From Acutalibacteraceae bacterium (GTDB lineage Bacteria > Bacillota > Clostridia > Oscillospirales > Acutalibacteraceae), in contig JAZNOZ010000004.1 in NCBI GenBank assembly GCA_045589395.1, positions 1,433-65,432 on the forward strand: DNA of 64,000 bases, written 5' to 3'. This document shows positions 17,966 through 26,855 of the stretch, piece by piece; the stretch's first letter is position 1, and every line of letters starts with the position of its first letter. The notes beneath the pieces are model-generated. The model was not told where the DNA came from. It made no database searches and worked only from the letters and a program-made list of their open reading frames with translations. The translations under genes and the position numbers were made by a program.

Positions 17966-19012
17966 TTATTTTTTTATAACATTATGGGCTTTATAGAATC
18001 TGCCGAGTTCTCCGTTTCTCTGACCGCCCCAAAGCTGAATTATGTTGACACCTGAAGAGGTGTTTGCTTCTATTACATAGAATCCGTCATTTGTAACAAG
18101 AATATCCCATGCAACAAAGGATAAGTACGGGAATTTGTTTGCTAAAGCAAGAACATCTGCTTTAATTTTTTGCCAATTCGGAATAAGTGCCCCCTTGATT
18201 TGTGCCCCGGTGTTCGGATGCACATCGTAGACATCAAGGTTATGAAGAGTTTTTGCTTCACTGAGAGCACCTGTTTCTAAGTCAATACAGGAAACAAGAC
18301 CGCCGCGGCTGCCGTTGTCAACGGGGAAGGTTTTGTCTGTGCCTATACGCTGTACCGCAAAAAATACCTTGAATTCCTGTGTGTCGGGGTCGCGTAAGGT
18401 AATAAGTCTTATTGTGTTTGCTGTGCGGTAATATATTCTGTTGAGGTATTCACCCTGACAGATATATTCCGATAAAAACCAGTTTTTGGAGGCTTTTAAG
18501 AAATCGAGCAGCTCTTTGTCTGTTTTCTCCTGTTTATTGACAAAAAACTTTCTGTTCTCATATGTGATAAGATTAACACCGTTGCCTTTGCCGAAGTTTA
18601 TAGGCTTCATAATTGCTATTGCATTTTCACGGATGCATTCAAGTATCTTTTCATCTGTTGCGATAGTGTTATCTGCCATAACAGTGACCTTGCCGACCTT
18701 TGTTACATAGGTTTCGGGTACATTCGTGTACTGCTTGAGCATATCGGCGCAGACAATTTTATTATTAAGAATAAAGCTGTAATCGCCGTTTATTCCCCTT
18801 GAGCGGTACCAGTCAAATTCGGCAAGATATTCCTTTGAGCCGCGGTGCTTGAAATCATAAATCATATACTGGTCAACAAGATAACCGTGAAGATTAAGCC
18901 ATAGCTTTGTCCATGGAGCTACCTTGAAATGGTCTTTTGCAAATAAGATTTTTGTAAACCAGATATAAACAAGTTTAAGCTTTTCTATTAAATTTTTTAC
19001 AAATTCTTTCAT
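17966..19012 (-). CDS. ATP-grasp ligase (ATPgrasp_ST-like)
   Basis: 348 aa with 'IMKPINFGKGNGVNLI', 'NTIRLITL', 'DNGSRGGLVSCIDLETG', 'HPNTG' and 'WDILVTNDGFYVIEANTSSG'. Confidence 0.75.
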   Translation of the reverse strand: MKEFVKNLIEKLKLVYIWFTKILFAKDHFKVAPWTKLWLNLHGYLVDQYMIYDFKHRGSKEYLAEFDWYRSRGINGDYSFILNNKIVCADMLKQYTNVPETYVTKVGKVTVMADNTIATDEKILECIRENAIAIMKPINFGKGNGVNLITYENRKFFVNKQEKTDKELLDFLKASKNWFLSEYICQGEYLNRIYYRTANTIRLITLRDPDTQEFKVFFAVQRIGTDKTFPVDNGSRGGLVSCIDLETGALSEAKTLHNLDVYDVHPNTGAQIKGALIPNWQKIKADVLALANKFPYLSFVAWDILVTNDGFYVIEANTSSGVNIIQLWGGQRNGELGRFYKAHNVIKK

Positions 19013-19095
19013 ATTTTCCGTACCTTACACAATAATGATAAAGTTTATAGGCTATTTTAGTGAAAATTTATTGTATTACCGCTAATGATAAAATA

Positions 19096-20148
19096 TCAGT
19101 CATCTTTTTTCAGGGGAGCAGTACCCGAAATGCCGGCTGCAGATACAGCACTTCTGTCCGTAATGCCGTTATACACTCTGAATGCACGGATTGTATAGGT
19201 ATAGGTTTCACCGGGGGTAACCTTTGTATCTTCAAAATTGTCGGTCTGGCTTCCTGCAACAATTCCGATTCTCTGGTAGGATTGCTTATCCTTTTTTCTG
19301 TACACAATATAGCCTGTTGCCTCTGGTACGCAATGCCAGCTTACTGTAAGCCCTCCCTGTGAGGGGACAACCTCTTCAGGACGGGGAGCTTTTATCTCGC
19401 TCTGAATACCCTTTTGTTCGGCAGCGGCGTATTTCTGCTGATATTTGCGGACAACATCCTTTGCATCGCCAAGCATCAGCATTTCACCCTTGTCAAGCCA
19501 GAGAACACGGTCGCAAAGAGTGGAAAGTCTGCCCATATCGTGGGATACTATAACTACTGTATGCTTATCGTCAGTGATGAGCTCTTTCATTTTTGTGTAG
19601 CTCTTCTGTCTGAAAGCCACATCACCTACACTTAAAACCTCGTCAATGAGAATAACCTCTGTTGTCAGATGAACGGCGATTGAGAATGAAAGCTTTGAGC
19701 GCATACCGCTGGAATATGTGCGGACAGGCTTGTCTATAAAGGAGCCTAATTCTGCAAATTCAACTATCTTGTCAAACTGTGCATCTATTTCCTTCATAGA
19801 AAAGCCTAGCTGAAGACCGATAAGATATATGTTATCGCGGCCCGGCATTTCTGTCATAAGGCTTGAGCTTAATGCAAGAAGAGAAACGCGCACATGTTCT
19901 TCCTTTTCAATACTGCCGCTGTCGGGCTTGATAATTCCGCCCAAAGCTTTAAGCAGAGTTGATTTGCCGCTTCCGTTTCTGCCTATGATGCCTAAAATTT
20001 CACCTGGGATAATATCAAAGGATATCCCGTTCAGAGCGCAGAAATTTGTGCGGCGTTTGCCGAGCAGCTTATCTGTTTTTGAGCCTTTTCTTTTAGTGAG
20101 CGTGCGGTAGAGCACCTTTACATCATTTACTTTTATTACCTGTTCCAT
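19096..20148 (-). CDS. ABC transporter ATP-binding protein (TagH/Wzt-like) with a C-terminal FN3-like beta-sandwich
   Basis: Walker A 'GRNGSGKST', signature 'YSSGMRSKL', Walker B 'VILIDE'. The C-terminal ~95 aa, 'GLTVSWHCVPEATGYIVYRKK...TPGETYTYTIRAF', look like a fibronectin-III-type domain. Confidence 0.85.
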   Translation of the reverse strand: MEQVIKVNDVKVLYRTLTKRKGSKTDKLLGKRRTNFCALNGISFDIIPGEILGIIGRNGSGKSTLLKALGGIIKPDSGSIEKEEHVRVSLLALSSSLMTEMPGRDNIYLIGLQLGFSMKEIDAQFDKIVEFAELGSFIDKPVRTYSSGMRSKLSFSIAVHLTTEVILIDEVLSVGDVAFRQKSYTKMKELITDDKHTVVIVSHDMGRLSTLCDRVLWLDKGEMLMLGDAKDVVRKYQQKYAAAEQKGIQSEIKAPRPEEVVPSQGGLTVSWHCVPEATGYIVYRKKDKQSYQRIGIVAGSQTDNFEDTKVTPGETYTYTIRAFRVYNGITDRSAVSAAGISGTAPLKKDD

Positions 20149-20154
20149 AGTATA

Positions 20155-20937
20155 TCAAGAAACCTTTATATAATGTTGTTCGTAGCGGGTTACCACAAAA
20201 ATACCGCTGACTGATAAAATAACAGAGAAAACAAAAATAAGAGCAACGGGAAGCACGGACATATTTATATTATACAGCAAAACATTTCGTGCTTCGTGGA
20301 ATAAGCTGCCTACGGGGTTTATTTTTAAGATTAAATTGCCGACATTTCCCTGAATTCTGCTGTCCAATGCATAGAAAACACCTGAAATATAGAACAGAAG
20401 CCTCAGAAGAACTGATGTGACCTTTTTTATGTCGGGCAGATATACACCTATATGCAGTAGCCATACACAGCAGCCGAAGGTAAACAGGAAGAAGGTTATC
20501 AGTATAGGAATAAACTGCAATGCCGTAAAACCGACGGGGATACGGTAGTATACCATAAATACCATAACAATCAAAAAGTTTATAAACATTTTGAAGGCAT
20601 TGTAAAGCAGAGTGGAAAAAACGAGAATATATTTCGGCATATAAACTCGATGAAGTAGTCCCGAGTAGTGTTTTACAAGGCTTACGCTGCTAAGTGCCGA
20701 GCGCTGGAAGAAATTCCACATCATAAGACCTGAAGAGATATATGCCATAAGGTAGGTCATATTTCTGTTAAATATGATGGCAAAAAGAAAAACATATATA
20801 GCCATAAAGAGGATAGGCTCAATAACCCACCAGAGCCATCCCAGCCGCATACCCGAAATTTCGGAGGTAAGCTGGCTGTATGCGGAATAACAGCAGAAGC
20901 TCCAATATTTTTTACAATTCTTAAATACATCTTTCAT
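20155..20937 (-). CDS. ABC-2-type polymer-export permease (TagG/Wzm-like)
   Basis: 260-aa protein with six hydrophobic spans. It ends 6 nt before the ATPase gene, and the size and layout are typical of the ABC-2 membrane family. Confidence 0.8.
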   Translation of the reverse strand: MKDVFKNCKKYWSFCCYSAYSQLTSEISGMRLGWLWWVIEPILFMAIYVFLFAIIFNRNMTYLMAYISSGLMMWNFFQRSALSSVSLVKHYSGLLHRVYMPKYILVFSTLLYNAFKMFINFLIVMVFMVYYRIPVGFTALQFIPILITFFLFTFGCCVWLLHIGVYLPDIKKVTSVLLRLLFYISGVFYALDSRIQGNVGNLILKINPVGSLFHEARNVLLYNINMSVLPVALIFVFSVILSVSGIFVVTRYEQHYIKVS

Positions 20938-20942
20938 TTCTG

Positions 20943-22067
20943 TTAAAATCCTTTATAAATACGCGGAATTCGCTTGGATATTCCGCAGATAATTTCATAA
21001 TTTATTGTTTGTGCAAGCTCTGCAACTTCATTTACTGAAAGCTCTTTACCGAAAATGATTACCTCATCACCCGTGCAGACCTCTTTTATTTCAGTTACAT
21101 CAACACAAAGCTGATCCATACACACTCTGCCCACTATGCGAGCTCTTTGACCTCTTATGATTACATTGCCTCTGTTTGACAATAAACGCGGAATACCGTC
21201 TGCATATCCTGCTGGAATTGTTGCTATTCTTTTCTGCGAGGGAGCTGTGTATGTTCTGCCGTAGCTTACCGTTTCATTCTTTTCAACAGTTTTTATGGTT
21301 GATACTACGGAGTGCAAGGACATCGCAGGCTTTATGCCCACGGGAGGCTGCAGCTCTTCTGACGGAGATAAGCCGTAAAGAATGATTCCTGCTCTTACAG
21401 CCGAGGAGGTTTTATCAAAATCTCCTAACATTGCGGCAGAGTTGCAGCAATGCTTTATTTTGAACGGATGTTTTTTCTCAAGCTTCTCAACAGCACTGAG
21501 AAAACGCTTATACTGCTCTGCAGTAAATTCTTTATCGGCTTCTTCACCGCTGTCTGCAACGGCAAAGTGCATAAAAATACCTTCTGTATCCAGGTTTTTA
21601 AGAGCAAGAATTTTTTCGGCTTCTTCAATTGCGAAGCTGTCTTCATTTCTGAAGTTAAGACCGATTCTGCCCATACCCGTATCCAGCTTCAGGTGTGTTA
21701 TGACCGTGACACCTGCTTTTTTTGCATGGAAATCCAGCTGCTGTGCATAGTCGTAAGACATAACGCATTGACTTATATTGCTGTTTGCCAAGCGCACAGC
21801 GCAGTCGGCAGGAGTATAGCCTAGTATCAGTATCGGCTTATCAATTCCCGCAAAGCGCAGCTCCTCTGCCTCTAAAAGATTTGAAACCGCAAAACCAAAA
21901 GCCCCTGCTTTATCTAAAGCTTGGGCAACCTGTATTGCTCCGTGACCGTATGCATCGGCTTTCACTACGGCATATATATTCTGTTGAGTTATATTTTTTA
22001 TAATATTAAGATTATTTACAATGGCATCAAGGTCGATTTCGGCCCACGCCCGGCGAAAAGGTTCCAT
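20943..22067 (-). CDS. alr: alanine racemase
   Basis: 374 aa. PLP-lysine motif 'AVVKADAYGHGA' and C-terminal 'GRVCMDQ' are typical of Alr. Its stop lies 5 nt before the permease start. Confidence 0.92.
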   Translation of the reverse strand: MEPFRRAWAEIDLDAIVNNLNIIKNITQQNIYAVVKADAYGHGAIQVAQALDKAGAFGFAVSNLLEAEELRFAGIDKPILILGYTPADCAVRLANSNISQCVMSYDYAQQLDFHAKKAGVTVITHLKLDTGMGRIGLNFRNEDSFAIEEAEKILALKNLDTEGIFMHFAVADSGEEADKEFTAEQYKRFLSAVEKLEKKHPFKIKHCCNSAAMLGDFDKTSSAVRAGIILYGLSPSEELQPPVGIKPAMSLHSVVSTIKTVEKNETVSYGRTYTAPSQKRIATIPAGYADGIPRLLSNRGNVIIRGQRARIVGRVCMDQLCVDVTEIKEVCTGDEVIIFGKELSVNEVAELAQTINYEIICGISKRIPRIYKGF

Positions 22068-22330
22068 TAAATTTTCCCCGATTCGAGCTTTTTATATACG
22101 CAATAAAAATTATAAATGTATGATTATCAGTTTTTGTTAACCTTATTTTTATATATTACAAAATGTAATTTTTATGCCGAGAACATTATATCATACAAAA
22201 TGGTAATATACAAGCCTATTTTATTTATTTTTGCTGTACTTTGCAAATTCAAATCCCGCATAATTATACTTTACTTATCAATAATATAATGCTATGATTA
22301 ATATAAATATAAAATACTCAGGAGATTTTT

Positions 22331-23107
22331 ATGATATATAATTACCATACTCATACCTTCAGATGCTCACATGCAAAAGGTGATGAGGAAGATTATATAA
22401 AAAGGGCAATAGAAAACGGCATAAAATATATGGGCTTTTCTGACCATTTTCCTTTTATATGCTCAGACGGACACGAGGCCTCTTTCAGAGTACCTGTCTG
22501 TCAGGTAGAAGACTATTTTGACACGATTAGGGCACTTCGGGAAAAATACAAAAACGAAATTGACATAAAAATCGGCTTTGAAATGGAGTACTATCCCGAG
22601 AATTTTGAAAAAATGCTCGAAAATGCTAAGAAATACGGTGCAGAGTATCTTATTATGGGAGAGCATTTTACCGAAGAAGAAATTGAGGGTGTTCTGCCAT
22701 CAAGCGCACCGAGTGACAGCACAGATAAGCTTAAAAATTATGTTGATAGTGTTTGTGAGGGTATGTCTACGGGAGTATTCACATATATAGCACATCCCGA
22801 TTTGTTTAATTTTACGGGGGATGAGGTTGTTTACAAGGAAGAAGTACGCAGAATGTGCCGTGCTTCAAAGAAATATGATGTTCCACTTGAAATAAACTTC
22901 CTCGGCATAAGAGAGGGAAGACTCTATCCGCGGGAGCTGTTCTGGAAAACAGTAGGTGAAGAGCAAGCCCCGGTGACCTTCGGCTTCGATGCCCACAGCG
23001 TGCCTGCAGCATATGACGGTGCATCTCTGGTGAAAGCAAAGGAAATGGTAAAAAAGTATAAGCTTAATTATATAGGTATGCCGAAAATCAGAGCGTTAGG
23101 AGAGTAA
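22331..23107 (+). CDS. PHP-family histidinol-phosphatase-like protein (HisJ family)
   Basis: 258 aa. N-terminal 'YHTHTFRCSHA' PHP motif, with further His/Asp ligands ('GFSDH', 'MGEH', 'IAHPD', 'FGFDAH'). Confidence 0.8.
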   Translation: MIYNYHTHTFRCSHAKGDEEDYIKRAIENGIKYMGFSDHFPFICSDGHEASFRVPVCQVEDYFDTIRALREKYKNEIDIKIGFEMEYYPENFEKMLENAKKYGAEYLIMGEHFTEEEIEGVLPSSAPSDSTDKLKNYVDSVCEGMSTGVFTYIAHPDLFNFTGDEVVYKEEVRRMCRASKKYDVPLEINFLGIREGRLYPRELFWKTVGEEQAPVTFGFDAHSVPAAYDGASLVKAKEMVKKYKLNYIGMPKIRALGE

Positions 23108-23108
23108 T

Positions 23109-23852
23109 ATGCCCGAAAGCCTGAGATTGAAAATATATTATCTGTGTATGGCTGTAAGCGTATTGCTTTCGGTGTGTATGTTTATGCTTATAAGCCGTAA
23201 GAAAGGCGTAAAGCTTAAAGATGCCGTCACGATTGCTGCAATGGGAATAATATCGGCTTTTCTCGGTGTTATGCTTATGGCAAAGCTTGACAATGCCGTA
23301 ACAGCCTATGTTACGGACGGAGCGTTTTTACAGCAAAGCCGATTCAGACTTTTAGGCAGTCTTGTTTTTCCGCCGCTTGCGCTTTTAAGACCTATGAAAA
23401 ATTATCCCTATTTCTATAACGATATTATGGATTACCTCTCTCCGGGACTGTTTTTAAGCTTAGGCGTTTCAAAAATAGGCTGTGCTGTGTACGGCTGCTG
23501 CTACGGTGAGGTGTGCGAAACGGGTATTCTCAATCCCATTACGGGACTTACACATTTTCCGGTACAGCTTTTGGAAGTATTCTTGGGTGTTATAATAGCC
23601 TTTGTTTTCTTTTTTGTTATTCTTAGCTCACAAAAATATGTCAGAGGAAGTATTTATCCCCTCGGTTTGATTCTGTTTTGTGCAGGACGCTTTATTCTGG
23701 AATTTTTCAGATACTATGAATTCCCGGTGCAGGAAAATATAATTCTTTTTATGAATTTCTGGCAGATAATCTGTCTTATAGGCTTTGTTTCAGGCATAAT
23801 ATGGCTTTTTGCTGTGCTGAAAAGCAACAAAAAATATATCAGTACGGTGTAA
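23109..23852 (+). CDS. Lgt-like (prolipoprotein diacylglyceryl transferase family) membrane protein
   Basis: 247-aa polytopic membrane protein. 'FPVQLLEVFLG' and 'AGRFILEFFR' resemble Lgt motifs, but it is shorter than canonical Lgt. The start overlaps the previous stop region. Confidence 0.5.
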   Translation: MPESLRLKIYYLCMAVSVLLSVCMFMLISRKKGVKLKDAVTIAAMGIISAFLGVMLMAKLDNAVTAYVTDGAFLQQSRFRLLGSLVFPPLALLRPMKNYPYFYNDIMDYLSPGLFLSLGVSKIGCAVYGCCYGEVCETGILNPITGLTHFPVQLLEVFLGVIIAFVFFFVILSSQKYVRGSIYPLGLILFCAGRFILEFFRYYEFPVQENIILFMNFWQIICLIGFVSGIIWLFAVLKSNKKYISTV

Positions 23853-23950
23853 AAATCGCACTGATATAATTTTTTTTGTAACTAATTCTAAAAAAATGCT
23901 ACTTAATATATGAAAGGATTTTCCTTTTGTTTCTGACGGAGGACATTTTA

Positions 23951-24505
23951 ATGGAAGATCGGAAAATAGTGGAGCTTTTCTGGCTTCGTGATGAAAACGC
24001 GATAAGCGAAACGAAGCTTAAATATTCCGCAATGCTTAACTCAATAGCTTTTTCAATGCTGAAGAATAAAAATGATGCTGAAGAATGTGAGAATGATACA
24101 TATCTTGCGGCCTGGAACTCTATGCCCGAAAACAGACCTGAATATCTCGGTGCATATCTTGGCAGAATCGTAAAAAATCTCTCCGTCATAAAAATACGAA
24201 ACAAAACTGCACAGAAGAGAGGTACCGGTTACAACGAATGTATAGAAGAGCTTTCTTCACTCAGCGGTATTGAAACAACGGAAAGCTTATTTGATGAAAA
24301 AGAAACAGCAAAGCATATTTCTGATTTTTTACGCTCAATAGACAGCGAAAAACGGCAGATTTTTATCCGCAGATACTGGTATTGCGACTCAATAAGCGAT
24401 ATTGCCGAAAGTTTTGATGTGAGCGAAAGCAAGGTAAAAACAAGTCTTTCAAGAATCCGTCAGAAGCTGAAAGAATATTTGATTTGTCAGGGAGTTGAGG
24501 TTTGA
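23951..24505 (+). CDS. ECF-type RNA polymerase sigma-70 factor
   Basis: Region 2 ('AEECENDTYLAAW') and region 4 HTH ('SISDIAESFDVSESKVKTSLSRIRQKL'). Start set at ATG 23951, preceded by GGAGG. Confidence 0.8.
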   Translation: MEDRKIVELFWLRDENAISETKLKYSAMLNSIAFSMLKNKNDAEECENDTYLAAWNSMPENRPEYLGAYLGRIVKNLSVIKIRNKTAQKRGTGYNECIEELSSLSGIETTESLFDEKETAKHISDFLRSIDSEKRQIFIRRYWYCDSISDIAESFDVSESKVKTSLSRIRQKLKEYLICQGVEV

Positions 24506-24509
24506 TAAA

Positions 24510-25289
24510 ATGAAAGGTGAAGAATTTTTCAATGCAATCAATATGATAGATGATGACCTTATTAATGAGGCAGCTTCTGTCAGAAAAACAAAGAGAAAAA
24601 AGAAAACAGTATATTTTACTGTTGCCGCCTGTCTGGCAGTTTTTATGTGTGCAACGGTGTTGTTAAATGAATTCGGTGTTTTTTCGCCATATGAAACAGC
24701 AGATGATGTTGCCCAGGGTACGGGTACAACAAATGAAATTGCAGAAAATGTTTTAGTAGGCGATACAGACAATATGTTCCCCGAAAGCGGCTCAGCACAA
24801 GACAGTACGGGGGCGGCTTACGAAAATCAGGAGCCCGAAGATCCTACTGTAATTTATATTCCTGAAACTGCCCCTACCGAGGTATATGTGAGCGGAGCTT
24901 CAGGTGAGAATACAGGCTCAAAGGGTGAAGGAACTGTTGAATCTGCAACTGCAGAGGGCAGTTCAACCCCACCGTATGAAGTCGTAACGGGCGAGGATGT
25001 AAGCTATCCACCTATGTCAGAGGAAACAACAACGGGTAAAACTCAGGAGTATAACGGTAACAGCACAATGTTTAAGGCTAAAATAATTGAAATCAACGGT
25101 AATTCGGTTATGGTCGAGCCGCTTGACAGTGTTGTCAGCAGCTCTTCGGACAGAATAGTTTTTTCTAATGCAAGGCTTGAAGAATTAGATGTAAAAAAAG
25201 GCGATGTTGTAATTATAGTTTATGACGGACTTATCATGGAATCATATCCTGCACAGATATGTGCTTCCTCATGGTCTTTGGCTCAGTAG
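24510..25289 (+). CDS. putative anti-sigma factor (single-pass membrane protein)
   Basis: Overlaps the sigma gene's stop. Short cytoplasmic N-terminus, TM 'VYFTVAACLAVFMCATVLL', a Ser/Thr/Glu-rich linker, and a small C-terminal beta domain. Confidence 0.55.
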   Translation: MKGEEFFNAINMIDDDLINEAASVRKTKRKKKTVYFTVAACLAVFMCATVLLNEFGVFSPYETADDVAQGTGTTNEIAENVLVGDTDNMFPESGSAQDSTGAAYENQEPEDPTVIYIPETAPTEVYVSGASGENTGSKGEGTVESATAEGSSTPPYEVVTGEDVSYPPMSEETTTGKTQEYNGNSTMFKAKIIEINGNSVMVEPLDSVVSSSSDRIVFSNARLEELDVKKGDVVIIVYDGLIMESYPAQICASSWSLAQ

Positions 25290-25308
25290 GTATGAAAGGA
25301 GAAAAAAT

Positions 25309-26565
25309 ATGAAAAAGCTTTTAAGTGTATTTTTAGCAATACTTGTCTTTTGTGTCGGATTATCCTCCTGTACAGACACAAACAAGGAAGAAACAACGGT
25401 TGATGAAAAAACAACCGTACAGCTTTCTCAGACACAGCGTGAAGAAATATCGGATATTGTAGGCTCTCTTGCCCCCTTGTGTATTATAGACAACACAGAC
25501 AGCACTTTTATCAAAGCCAACGAGAGCTGCCGCAAGGAGCTTATTGATGCTTTCAGTATTTCAGATGTGACAGATAAGAGTGCATCAGGTAAATTCTATA
25601 CTGTTTATTCAATGGATGAAAATAAGAAAGAAACGGTATATACCTATTATCCCGAGGCCCAAGTGCTTGTGAGAGATAATACCGCATATACAATGTCGCA
25701 AAGTGCAAAGGAAAAATTCAACGAGCTGATAAGCCCTGTGTCAGCAGGAGAAGATGCAATATCATCTGAACAGCAGCAGGAGGAATTTATATATTTCCGT
25801 ATAGATATGATTTACCCCGACTGCATAATCTGTCACAGTGGGGTAGGGAATCCTTATATTTCATACAGATTCAACATTGAGCTGTCGGAGGAATTTTGTA
25901 TCGGGGATTATGTTGACATTATCTCAGTTGACGGAAAATATCTGATGTCCGAAGATGAAAAAATCTGTGAAGCTGATGCAAAGGAAGTACGAATCACAAC
26001 ATTTGAAATACAAGAGGGAGTAGCATATAAGCCTGTTATATATCTTTATCCCGAAAGACAGGGTGAGGCAGAGGTTAAACTCAATGTAAACGGTGAGCTT
26101 ATCTGCTCTTATCCTCTTTATAATGACGGCTGGAGCGTTACAGCCTCTCCCGACGGTACATTGACAGACGAAAACGGCACATACGATTACCTTTTCTGGG
26201 AAGCAGATATGAGTACGGTAGAGTTTGATATGTCCGAGGGCTTTTGCGTAAGCGGCGACGAAACGGAAGAATTTTTCCGTGAAAAATTGAGCTTTATAGG
26301 CTTGAATGAGAAAGAAATTGCAGATTATCTCGAATTCTGGCTGCCGCATCTTACAAAAAATGCATATAACTATATAACATTCCAGGCCGATTGCTATACA
26401 GATAATGCAAAGCTTACAGTCACCCCCACACCCGACAGCGTAATAAGAGTGTATACGGTAATAATGCCTTTAGATGAAGAAATACAGGTTACCGAGCCCG
26501 TTTTAGAGCCGCTTGAAAGAACAGGCTTTACAGTTGTTGAATGGGGCGGAGGAATAGTTAAATGA
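25309..26565 (+). CDS. lipoprotein of unknown function
   Basis: Start at ATG 25309 gives 'MKKLLSVFLAILVFCVGLSSC' with an LSSC lipobox. RBS AAGGAG. Confidence 0.6.
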   Translation: MKKLLSVFLAILVFCVGLSSCTDTNKEETTVDEKTTVQLSQTQREEISDIVGSLAPLCIIDNTDSTFIKANESCRKELIDAFSISDVTDKSASGKFYTVYSMDENKKETVYTYYPEAQVLVRDNTAYTMSQSAKEKFNELISPVSAGEDAISSEQQQEEFIYFRIDMIYPDCIICHSGVGNPYISYRFNIELSEEFCIGDYVDIISVDGKYLMSEDEKICEADAKEVRITTFEIQEGVAYKPVIYLYPERQGEAEVKLNVNGELICSYPLYNDGWSVTASPDGTLTDENGTYDYLFWEADMSTVEFDMSEGFCVSGDETEEFFREKLSFIGLNEKEIADYLEFWLPHLTKNAYNYITFQADCYTDNAKLTVTPTPDSVIRVYTVIMPLDEEIQVTEPVLEPLERTGFTVVEWGGGIVK

Positions 26566-26626
26566 AATAAATCCCTAACCTGCGGTAGATGTCACTTGCT
26601 TTGTGATGAAATTAAAGGTATGTACC

Positions 26627-26770
26627 GGTAGGGAACGATGCCCACATCGTTCCGTATGAGGGGAGTGTAACTTTATTTGCACACAGTTTTTTGTCAGATG
26701 TAGTATGAAATGCTTACAAAAAAGTTAGAATTTGCTTTATAACGGAACGAAGTGGGCTTCGTTCCCTACC
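26627..26770. repeat. MITE-like 144-bp unit with 28-bp terminal inverted repeats that are each a hairpin
   Basis: Left arm ggtagggaacgatgcccacatcgttccg (26627-26654). Right arm cggaacgaagtgggcttcgttccctacc (26743-26770). The arms differ only by a compensated pair inside the internal stem. Confidence 0.75.
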
Positions 26771-26818
26771 AACCGAAGACACAAGTGATGTGTAATATAA
26801 AATGATAAAAGAAATATA

Positions 26819-26848
26819 AAAAAGGAGCTGTGTGTTCAGCTCCTTTTA
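26819..26848. terminator. bidirectional terminator (lipoprotein gene / GH3 gene)
   Basis: aaaaaggagctg-tgtgtt-cagctcctttt, with an A-run before and a T-run after. Confidence 0.8.
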
Positions 26849-26855
26849 TTATTGG

